Below, piece by piece: positions 8,066 to 16,679 of a DNA stretch of 64,000 nt. The notes beneath the pieces are model-generated. The model made no database searches. It saw only the letters and a program-made list of their open reading frames with translations, and was not told the DNA's origin. This DNA comes from an uncultured Methanosarcinales archaeon (GTDB lineage Archaea > Nanobdellota > Nanobdellia > Woesearchaeales > CAXGTL01): NCBI GenBank assembly GCA_964645705.1, contig CAZYAB010000002.1:88155-152154 (forward strand), in the 5' to 3' direction. Position numbers and translations under genes: made by a program. Within the stretch, counting starts at the first letter, position 1; every line of letters starts with the position of its first letter.

Positions 8066-11000
8066 ATGGCAATAAAGAGGACAATTGGATCTGAAACAGA
8101 ATATGGTATTTTAGGCACTGCAAAGACTGTTAGTCAATACACTTTAGCAGACAGAGTTGTTGATGCATATATAAGAGGACAAAATCATTTTAATAGTGGC
8201 GATACTAATGAATCTGTTATAGAAGATATGACTGATGATGGACACGTAGGTGGTGACTATGGTGCTGGCAGGTCAATAAGTGTTGGTGCAAGTGGTGCAT
8301 ATCCTGCATCAAGCGGATGGGGAAGAAACTATGATTATGGTTATCAAGGAACTCATGTTGCTTACAGAACTACTTATGTGGCTCCTGCAACAACATGTGC
8401 TAGTCATGATGTTAGCAAGATGATTGAAAATGGTTCAAGATTCTATGTTGACATGGGCCATCCAGAATTATCAACACCAGAATGTGCTGGTGCTGTTGAA
8501 TTCGTAATATATGATAAAGCAGGTGAAGTAATAGTTAACCAAGCAGCTAAAAAAGCATCAAACCCAAGAAACAAGATAACTATATTTAAGAATAATTCAG
8601 ATGGAAAAGGAAAATCATTTGGATGTCATGAAAATTATCTAATGCAAAGAATGACTCAGCAAGAATTTGCTAATAAATTAGCTCCAATACTGATTCCATT
8701 TTTTGTTACAAGACAGATCTTTACAGGTTCTGGTAAAATTGGTGTTGAAAAGCCAAGTGGACAAGGTGGAATAGAACATTATAGAAGAGACATATTAAAA
8801 GATTTTGAAATCCTGAGAACACATTTTATTGGTTTAGAAGATGAATATTCAATTGTTAGAAATAATATCCATGATTTGTTTAAATTATATGATAAAAGAG
8901 TAGGAAGTCAACAAGAAATATTTCAATTATCACAAAGAGCTGATTTTATGGAATGTAGGATTGGTCTTCAGACAACATACGATAGACCATTGGTTAATAC
9001 AAGAGATGAACCTCATGCTGATAAAGAAAAATATATGCGTCTTCACGTTATAGTTGGAGATGCAAACATGTCAGAGATAGCTGATTATCTAAAAGTTGGT
9101 ACAACATCACTTGTTTTGGATTTGATAGAAGATAATTTGTTTCAACCATTTCAATTAATGGATCCTGTTACAGCTATTAAATCAATTTCAAGAGACCAAA
9201 GCATGAAATGGATAACATCATTAAAAAATGGAAAAACTGTTTCAGCAATTGACATACAAAGATGGTACCTTGCTGCTGCTAAAAATAATTATGCAGGTAG
9301 AGACGAAATAACAGATGATATTCTTGCTAGATGGGAATATGTTTTAGACACACTAGAAAAAGATCCAATGGAATTATCTGGATGGGTAGACTGGGTCTTG
9401 AAAAAAGCAATGATCCAAGATTATATGGTAAAAAATCAAGTTCCTATTAATGATCCTGCTGTAAAAAACTTAGCATTACAATTTCATGATGTTGACAGAG
9501 AAACTAGTTTGTTCTACCTAATGCAAAGAAAAGGTTTTTCAGAAAGGTTAATTTCAGATGAACAAATACTAAATGCAGTTAATAATCCTCCAGAAAACAC
9601 TCGTGCATATTTCAGAGGAATGTGGTTAAAGAAATATGATATTGATAGAGCTGACTGGGGTGAACTAGAACTAACTGTAAATGGAACAAAAGTAGACATT
9701 AACATTGACGATCCCTTCAAAGGAACTAAAAAAGATTATGAAACATTGTTTGAGAAATGTGCAAATGCAGAAGAAGCTGTTGAAGAACTTAAGAAAGAAG
9801 AATATGATGTAACAGTTGATGAAAAAACACAGTCATGGGTTTCAAGAGGAATTGGTTTTGTTAAGAATAAGATAACTGGCAAAGGTAAGAAAAAAGCAAA
9901 GTCAAAAAAGAAATCAACAAAGAAAACAGCAAAAGTAAAGAGTGCAAAAGAACTAGCAACAGACCTACAAACAAAATCAGTAAAACAAAGACAATTAGAA
10001 ATACTTGATAACAGAACAAGTCCTGGAAGACAGATTGGTCAAACAAGTAGACAGCTTAGTTTTAATGATGTTGACGAACTTAGTGATAAGGTTATGGAAC
10101 AAGCTGAAAATGATTATGTCAGGTTTCATGACAATGAACTAGTCAGGTCAGAGTATGAAGCTTTAAGGGATATTGCATTACAATACTATAACAAACCTGT
10201 TGAAGAAATTTTTTGGAATATAGGATATGAAGAATATGGTAGCTATATTAGAATTGAAGGAAGGCATGTTGTTCAATTAAATTTAAGATATCAAAATTTA
10301 GTAGAGATCCCAGAACAAATAACTAGTTTTAACAAATTAAGGCATTTGGATTTAGAAGGTAATGAAATAACAGAAGTCAGTTATGTCGCAGATTTAGAAG
10401 AATTAACATACATTGATTTACAGGGAAATCCTATAGATGTTTATAAAAGTGCAGATGTGTTGAATGAATTGCATAAAAGGGAAGTAAGAATTCGTCCTCC
10501 AAAACTAGTTGATGAACTCTGTGATCTTAATTTAGAAGATTCTGTGTCAGCAGATGGTAAAGAAGTTTATGAGTTTAATGGAGAATTATTTGTTATTACA
10601 GATGAAAAAGAACAACCACAACCATCAGAACTCGACGAAACACAAGACGACATAAGCGACGTAGTCGAAGCTGTAATTTGTGGTGGTGCTGTAGGTAATG
10701 GCAATGTTGGCGTCATAGACGTAGGCGGTGACACTGTATATTTTCATGACAGAGAATTAGTTAGAGAAGAGTATGAGGCATTAGAAGATTTAGCACAACA
10801 ATATTTTGACAAAAGTGCTGATGAATATTTTAGCACAGATCTTCGTATATTAGATCCTAATTGTTTTGTTGACATTACCAATAGTCATGTAGCATGCATA
10901 ATGTTGTGTGATACAGGTTTAGAAGAAATCCCTGAACAAATTTCAAAGTTAAGCAAATTATTAAGACTTCACATTGGATACAATAAAATTTCAGATATTG

Positions 11001-11116
11001 AGTGTACTGATCAATTAAAATCACTTGATATTTTTGGTATAACTGACAATCCACTTAATGCTAAATCAAAAACAATAGTTGATTTACTAGATAAGAGTGG
11101 TGTTAATATAATTTAA
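8066..11116 (+). CDS. dop: Dop-like (PafA/Dop family) depupylase/deamidase fused to two C-terminal leucine-rich-repeat modules
   Basis: GSETEYG, NGSRFYVDMGHPELSTPE, KNNSDGKGKSFGCHENY, FQLSQRADF, NTRDEPHAD..YMRLHVIVGDANM and PPENTRAYFRG, with a long N-terminal insertion at the Dop-loop position. LRRs such as LVEIPEQITSFNKLRHLDLEGNEI occur twice. Confidence 0.85.
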   Translation: MAIKRTIGSETEYGILGTAKTVSQYTLADRVVDAYIRGQNHFNSGDTNESVIEDMTDDGHVGGDYGAGRSISVGASGAYPASSGWGRNYDYGYQGTHVAYRTTYVAPATTCASHDVSKMIENGSRFYVDMGHPELSTPECAGAVEFVIYDKAGEVIVNQAAKKASNPRNKITIFKNNSDGKGKSFGCHENYLMQRMTQQEFANKLAPILIPFFVTRQIFTGSGKIGVEKPSGQGGIEHYRRDILKDFEILRTHFIGLEDEYSIVRNNIHDLFKLYDKRVGSQQEIFQLSQRADFMECRIGLQTTYDRPLVNTRDEPHADKEKYMRLHVIVGDANMSEIADYLKVGTTSLVLDLIEDNLFQPFQLMDPVTAIKSISRDQSMKWITSLKNGKTVSAIDIQRWYLAAAKNNYAGRDEITDDILARWEYVLDTLEKDPMELSGWVDWVLKKAMIQDYMVKNQVPINDPAVKNLALQFHDVDRETSLFYLMQRKGFSERLISDEQILNAVNNPPENTRAYFRGMWLKKYDIDRADWGELELTVNGTKVDINIDDPFKGTKKDYETLFEKCANAEEAVEELKKEEYDVTVDEKTQSWVSRGIGFVKNKITGKGKKKAKSKKKSTKKTAKVKSAKELATDLQTKSVKQRQLEILDNRTSPGRQIGQTSRQLSFNDVDELSDKVMEQAENDYVRFHDNELVRSEYEALRDIALQYYNKPVEEIFWNIGYEEYGSYIRIEGRHVVQLNLRYQNLVEIPEQITSFNKLRHLDLEGNEITEVSYVADLEELTYIDLQGNPIDVYKSADVLNELHKREVRIRPPKLVDELCDLNLEDSVSADGKEVYEFNGELFVITDEKEQPQPSELDETQDDISDVVEAVICGGAVGNGNVGVIDVGGDTVYFHDRELVREEYEALEDLAQQYFDKSADEYFSTDLRILDPNCFVDITNSHVACIMLCDTGLEEIPEQISKLSKLLRLHIGYNKISDIECTDQLKSLDIFGITDNPLNAKSKTIVDLLDKSGVNII

Positions 11117-11137
11117 AACACATGGAGGTATAAAAAA

Positions 11138-11308
11138 ATGGCAGAACAAAAATTCAAAAAGTTCAGACCACTGAACGAAGTAAAAGCAGACCAAAAACCA
11201 AAGTATGAGGTTAAAGCGCCAAACTTCGATGGTGTAATGGATGAAATGGATTATCTGATTAACAAAGATAATCTAGAAAAGAATTACAAGCAAACAAGCG
11301 CAGAGTAG
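11138..11308 (+). CDS. Pup/UBact-like small protein modifier, 56 aa, C-terminal Glu (not in the ORF track)
   Basis: GGAGGT RBS at 11124-11129. Reads MAEQKFKKFRPLNEVKADQKPKYEVKAPNFDGVMDEMDYLINKDNLEKNYKQTSAE*. It lies between the dop-like and pafA-like genes, and its C-terminal half aligns with Pup LLDEIDDVLE...YVQKGG[QE]. Confidence 0.85.
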   Translation: MAEQKFKKFRPLNEVKADQKPKYEVKAPNFDGVMDEMDYLINKDNLEKNYKQTSAE

Positions 11309-11313
11309 TTCGG

Positions 11314-11341
11314 TAAAAAAATGTTTTTTTTATTTTTTTTT
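11314..11341 (+). terminator. U-rich terminator-like tract after the Pup-like gene
   Basis: TAAAAAAATG followed by two long T runs directly after the stop codon. Confidence 0.55.
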
Positions 11342-11372
11342 AAGTAAAAGAGGTTTTGTTAGACAAGAGGCT

Positions 11373-13472
11373 ATGAAAATGCCAAGACTAGAGAAAAGAA
11401 TAATAGGACTTGAAACAAAGTATGGATTCATGCGGAGAGAATCAGATAGTCGCGACTCTGATGACATTAATCTTTTGTTAAAAAGGATTGCAGAAAATGC
11501 ACAATCAATATATGGCAGAGAATTCATAGAAAATGGCGGAAGAATAGTATCTGGTGATTATTATATCAAATACTGTACACCTGAAACATCTAACCCTGTT
11601 GACTTGGTAATATATGATAAAGCAGGAGAAGAAATTATTAGTCAAAACAGTGATGGTATGAGGTTTGTAAAAGATAAAACAGGAGGAACTCAAAGTGCTT
11701 TTTCCTGCCATGAGAATTATTTAATAAGAAAAGTAAGAACAGATAGAGAAGGTTTTATGCATGATCTGGGAAAATACCTTTTAGGATTTTTAATAACAAG
11801 ACAGATATTTTCAGGACCAGGAGACATTTATGGTAGTGAATTTGTTTTGTCTCAAAACATAATGCAGGGTTTAAATGAATATGACCTTGATTCAAAACAA
11901 TATTCAATAATGAATCTTAATTATAGAAAACCACCTATTGATTCAGACAAATACAGCATGTTGCATATTACATTAAACAAAGCAAATTTATCAGAAATAG
12001 CAACATATCTCAAAGTAGGCACAACAAGCTTGGTATTGGATTTAATAGAAGATGATCTGTGTCCTTTGATAACAATAATTAACCCTTCAGAAACTGCAAA
12101 AGATATTTCAAAAGACCAAACATATCAGTGGGAAGTTTTTACAGATTATGAAGAATCAACAACTGCAATCAACATACAAAGACAATATCTAGAAGCAGCA
12201 AAACAAGCATACACAGGAAGAGACGAAATAACAGATGATATTCTTGCTAGATGGGAATATGTTTTAGATTGTCTAGAAGAAGATCCAATGCAATTAACAG
12301 GCTGGATTGACTGGATAACAAAAAGAGCATTGATTGACAATATTTTTGAAAAACAAGACCCAGAAGTAATAGATTTTACAGTACAAAAAATAGATGAAGA
12401 ACAAGAAAAAATCAAAGCCCTAGAACAAGAAATACAAGACGTGATAAATGATTTTGATAATTCACAAGATACAAATGTGTTTCAAAAACTAAGCTCAATA
12501 AAAGACATACTCGAGATTATGAAAGACGGTGTTTATAGACAAAACAGAGGATTTAAAGCAGGTTTACAAGGAATCTTAAATGAAAGATCAAAGACAGTGA
12601 AAAAGATTATATCTAATTATCCAAGGATAAAAAAAGATGAAAGCTTGTTTTATACATTACAAAACAAAGAATTAGTTGACAGATTAATAACAGATGAACA
12701 AATACAGCAAGCCATGAATGAACCACCAAAAGACACAAGAGCTTGGATCAGAGGAAACATAATAAAATCATTCATGGAAAACCCAGATGACTTGACCAAA
12801 GTAGAATGGGACTGTGTTAAGATAAATGGTAAATACTTGCCTTTTAAAAATCCATTTTCAAACCCTGTAAGGTTCAGAGAAGTTTTACCTAGACACGCGT
12901 ATTCTGAATTTGAAGATAAGATCTTAGAACAATTAGATGATTTTATTCAGATCATAAGACAGAATAATGACACAGAATTTGCAGCACACGTAAAATATGA
13001 TTTATACACTGAAATATTAAAAAATTCTGTATTTAATCATGAATTTTTAGAACAAGAACTAGACATAGACAAACCACCTGAACTTGTTGTAGGTGAAAGA
13101 ATAAAACTATATAGAAATCTTGGAACATTAAATTGCGGATCAAGTAATACTTATTTTTATGATGGAAGTGTTGAAGATATCCCATTGGGTTCAACAGGAG
13201 TAATTGAAAAAATAAGATATATATTTTCAGATCTAAAGATAAAAGTAAACTTGGACAATGGAAGATCATGGTGGCTGGATTCAAGAGAATTAATGCCATT
13301 AGCAGATGAATCAATAACAATAGATAATATTATTCATCAAACATTGTTTGGAGATATTCAAGATCTGAGAGGAACTCAAAGAGAGAGAACATATCTTGAG
13401 AGAAAAAAAGAATTAGATAATTTACTCACTAAGATTATAATAAATTACCTGGATGATATAAATGAGGCTTGA
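11373..13472 (+). CDS. PafA/Dop-family paralog with degenerate active site, helical insertion and C-terminal SH3-like domain
   Basis: Scaffold motifs are retained (YCTPE, YDKAGE, CHENYL, YLKVGTTSLVLDLIE, PPKDTRAWIRG). Catalytic positions are altered (GLETKYG, RIVSGDYYIKY, SMLHITLNK). Confidence 0.8.
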   Translation: MKMPRLEKRIIGLETKYGFMRRESDSRDSDDINLLLKRIAENAQSIYGREFIENGGRIVSGDYYIKYCTPETSNPVDLVIYDKAGEEIISQNSDGMRFVKDKTGGTQSAFSCHENYLIRKVRTDREGFMHDLGKYLLGFLITRQIFSGPGDIYGSEFVLSQNIMQGLNEYDLDSKQYSIMNLNYRKPPIDSDKYSMLHITLNKANLSEIATYLKVGTTSLVLDLIEDDLCPLITIINPSETAKDISKDQTYQWEVFTDYEESTTAINIQRQYLEAAKQAYTGRDEITDDILARWEYVLDCLEEDPMQLTGWIDWITKRALIDNIFEKQDPEVIDFTVQKIDEEQEKIKALEQEIQDVINDFDNSQDTNVFQKLSSIKDILEIMKDGVYRQNRGFKAGLQGILNERSKTVKKIISNYPRIKKDESLFYTLQNKELVDRLITDEQIQQAMNEPPKDTRAWIRGNIIKSFMENPDDLTKVEWDCVKINGKYLPFKNPFSNPVRFREVLPRHAYSEFEDKILEQLDDFIQIIRQNNDTEFAAHVKYDLYTEILKNSVFNHEFLEQELDIDKPPELVVGERIKLYRNLGTLNCGSSNTYFYDGSVEDIPLGSTGVIEKIRYIFSDLKIKVNLDNGRSWWLDSRELMPLADESITIDNIIHQTLFGDIQDLRGTQRERTYLERKKELDNLLTKIIINYLDDINEA

Positions 13473-15084
13473 GAAAAGAATAATTGGACTTGAAACAGAG
13501 TATGGATCATTTTCACAAGATTTAGCTAGATCAAGGGATGGTGAGGATGGTCACCATGATGCACACAATAACAGACTAATAGAAACAATAAGAGAAGCAA
13601 GACCAAGAAGCGGAAACTCTTTTTTATTAAATGGTGGAAGAATGTATGAAGATTGTGGCCATATTGAATATTGTACACCAGAAACAACTAATCCTGTTGA
13701 CTTGGTTTTATATGAAAAAGCAGGAGAAAGATTGCTTAACCAGCATTCAAGAGGAGTTATGTTTATCAAGAACAATGTTGCTGCAAATAACAGTACATTT
13801 GGATGTCATGAAAATTATTTAATCAAAAGGCCTGAACATTTTATAAATGAAGTAGGAAGATATCTAATGTCATTCCTAGTAACAAGACAAATCTATGCAG
13901 GAACAGGAGATATTTATGAGAATAAATTTAGAATATCACAAAAATCAAGATTTATTACCGAAAACTATGGTAAAAATACAACCAGAGATAGACCAATAAT
14001 CAATCTAAAAGATGAATCTCATTGCGGTGGTAAAGAAAGCGAGAATTATAGATTACATCTTATATTAGGCGATTCAAATTTATCAGAAATAGCAACTTAT
14101 CTAAAAGTAGGTACAACAAGCTTAGTATTGGATTTGATTGAAGATGGAATTTGCCCTTACATTAGTTTATACAATCCTGTTTATGCTCTTCATGAGATTT
14201 CACAAGACTTGACATTTAAGATAGAAAATAAAATAAATGATTCCAGACCAATGACAGCAATCAACATACAAAGACAATATCTAAAAGCAGCAAAAAAAGC
14301 ATACACAGGAAGAGACGAGATTACTGACGATATTCTTGCTAGATGGGAATATGTTCTGGATTGTTTAGAAACAGATCCAATGAAACTTGACACATGGATT
14401 GATTGGGTTATAAAGAAAAGCTTGATTGATAAAAGTCTTGATAAGAATAGTAATTTTAGTGAAACAATTAGAAAAGAATTAGTTAATTTACAACAAAAAA
14501 TAGCATCCGCATATCAAAAAATATCAGAATCAAAAACATTATTATTACCAGATAACCAAATAATCAGAGCAGATAATTTACTTATTCAAGCAATGTCTAG
14601 TATTACGAACATAATTGATGAAGATGTTTATTCACCTATTAAAGAATTTGTAAATGGTAGAAATTTTGAAGAGTTTGATGTAAACAAGATATCAAAAAAT
14701 ATTTCATACAAATATCATAGTACTGATCCTAATAATAGTTTATTTTATTTTTTACAAAACAATGGCATGATTGACAGACTAGTATCAGATGAACAAATAA
14801 CGCATGCTGTAAATAATCCTCCTCAAGACACAAGAGCTTGGGTCAGAGCAAAAATTTTGTCAGAAATAAGAGGATTAGGAGGATCAGTAGAACAAATGGA
14901 TTGGTCAGCGATCAGTGTTTATCATCCTAATCTTAGTGGTGGAAGAGTTATGAAACCTAAATGTGCTAGATGCAGTGCAGACTGTAAAGGTTATGTTAAT
15001 TCAAATGGAAAAGAGTTTGATCTTACAGATCCTTTTGACAATAAAAAACAAGAATATGAAGAAATGGTTAGAGACATTCGTTAG
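13462..15084 (+). CDS. pafA: PafA-like Pup-protein ligase
   Basis: RIIGLETEYG, FLLNGGRMYEDCGHIEYCTPE, KNN...FGCHENYL, TTRDRPIINLKDESH, YRLHLILGDSNLSE, PPQDTRA and DW. It lacks the long Dop-loop insertion. Confidence 0.8.
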   Translation: MRLEKRIIGLETEYGSFSQDLARSRDGEDGHHDAHNNRLIETIREARPRSGNSFLLNGGRMYEDCGHIEYCTPETTNPVDLVLYEKAGERLLNQHSRGVMFIKNNVAANNSTFGCHENYLIKRPEHFINEVGRYLMSFLVTRQIYAGTGDIYENKFRISQKSRFITENYGKNTTRDRPIINLKDESHCGGKESENYRLHLILGDSNLSEIATYLKVGTTSLVLDLIEDGICPYISLYNPVYALHEISQDLTFKIENKINDSRPMTAINIQRQYLKAAKKAYTGRDEITDDILARWEYVLDCLETDPMKLDTWIDWVIKKSLIDKSLDKNSNFSETIRKELVNLQQKIASAYQKISESKTLLLPDNQIIRADNLLIQAMSSITNIIDEDVYSPIKEFVNGRNFEEFDVNKISKNISYKYHSTDPNNSLFYFLQNNGMIDRLVSDEQITHAVNNPPQDTRAWVRAKILSEIRGLGGSVEQMDWSAISVYHPNLSGGRVMKPKCARCSADCKGYVNSNGKEFDLTDPFDNKKQEYEEMVRDIR

Positions 15085-15126
15085 CTAGATGTTTGTTTTT
15101 AGTATTGGTGATAGATTAAACCTAGC

Positions 15127-16599
15127 TTGGGCTATGTAAAAATGGAAAATAATAAAGACAATGAAATGACTGAAAAAGAAAAAAAAGATTTTCTTAGAGG
15201 TATGACTAAAAGGCATATTGAGCAATCATTTGAAATGATGGAATCAATGGGAATGCCATTAGATTACGCACTTGCTATTTTTGCAGATACAACTAGGTTC
15301 TTAGAAAGAGATAATTCACCTGAATTTGAAAAGTTTTTAGAATATTCAGGACAAATATTTGAAAATGAGTTTCATGTAAAATGTTCTTATCATCATGCAG
15401 AGAATGTTCCTCCTTATGAATTTAGACCTGCGTCTGTTGAATATACTAACATATTGTTTCAATTATATGAACAATATTCTAATCAAGAATATGAATCAGA
15501 ACAAGAATTAACAGATATAATGAAAAATATTCTCAGTGGAAAAAAAATATTAGAAATAGGTTGTGGTCCTGGGTTTTTTCTACCTATTTTAAAAAGACTT
15601 GGTGCACAAGCACATGGAATAGAGGTTTGTGAAGATAATAAAGACAAAGTTCCTGATGTAGATATTGTTTATACTGATGCAGAGAATTTAGAGTCAATAC
15701 TCGGCGAGGAGAAATTTGATATAATCATATCAAAAGACGTATTTTGTGGTGTTGTTTTAAAAAAAGACAAAGCATATTCTATATTAGAAAATGCTTATAA
15801 TAAATTAAAAAAAAACGGAATTATAATCAATCAGATAGATTACAAGAGAATGGAACTTTCTTTTTATTTCATGAGGCAGAAAATGATTTGTAATGATCTA
15901 AATTATGATTTTGACAGAATGCTAGATAATTGGTTTTATGAAATGAGTGAAGAAGAGCAAGAAGAAATGCTTCATGTTAATTCACCTAGTTTAACAGAGG
16001 ATGAAATAAAAAAAATAGGTTATGAAGTCATGAGAAAAGAAAATGATGAGAACTTAACAACAATAATGAAAAAACAAACAAACAAAAAACTTGACCAAAA
16101 TCTTGAAGATTTCTTGATTAAAAATTCATTTGATGAAGTTAATCACTGTTTTTTACAATTTTCATCTCACTTAGATATAGATAAAATATTAGAAGAATAT
16201 GATGAAAACGGAAAATATGATGTATATTTTGATAATATTCATGAGATCGGATCATTTGTATTTGATTGTAGAAGGAATTTGTGTGAATTTTATTTTAAAG
16301 ATGACATGAAATCTAAGATATTTTTATACCAATTTCATGAAAAAGACATGGGTTATCATCTGATTGGAATCAATATTGGAGACAAAGACAAATTAAATGA
16401 TTTTGTAAAGGATTTTGTTGACATTATCAAACCAAAGCTAAAATTAAGCTCAGAACATAATCAAGAAATAGCAAAACATTCATTTGAATTTGCAGCAAGC
16501 CAGTACAGGCTTTCTAAATGTCTTTTTAATTCATTTCCTGATGAGAGATTTAGAATACTCAGTTATTCAAACATACTTAATTGTGCTCAGGTGTATTAA
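15127..16599 (+). CDS. Class I SAM-dependent methyltransferase with extra domains
   Basis: ILEIGCGPG, GIE, DAE, FDIII and LKKNG motifs. True start may be ATG 15142 or later. Confidence 0.75.
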   Translation: MGYVKMENNKDNEMTEKEKKDFLRGMTKRHIEQSFEMMESMGMPLDYALAIFADTTRFLERDNSPEFEKFLEYSGQIFENEFHVKCSYHHAENVPPYEFRPASVEYTNILFQLYEQYSNQEYESEQELTDIMKNILSGKKILEIGCGPGFFLPILKRLGAQAHGIEVCEDNKDKVPDVDIVYTDAENLESILGEEKFDIIISKDVFCGVVLKKDKAYSILENAYNKLKKNGIIINQIDYKRMELSFYFMRQKMICNDLNYDFDRMLDNWFYEMSEEEQEEMLHVNSPSLTEDEIKKIGYEVMRKENDENLTTIMKKQTNKKLDQNLEDFLIKNSFDEVNHCFLQFSSHLDIDKILEEYDENGKYDVYFDNIHEIGSFVFDCRRNLCEFYFKDDMKSKIFLYQFHEKDMGYHLIGINIGDKDKLNDFVKDFVDIIKPKLKLSSEHNQEIAKHSFEFAASQYRLSKCLFNSFPDERFRILSYSNILNCAQVY

Positions 16600-16646
16600 A
16601 ATGATTAATATTAATCATATGGAGAATGTATTAATATCAAGATTAC
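16599..16646 (+). promoter_or_regulatory. Operator plus TATA-like module, copy D
   Basis: Perfect palindrome ATGATTAATATTAATCAT (16601-16618), AT, then N8-TATTAATAT-CAAGATTAC. Confidence 0.7.
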
Positions 16647-16679
16647 CATCAATAGTATATATATATAAAGTGAAAAAAA

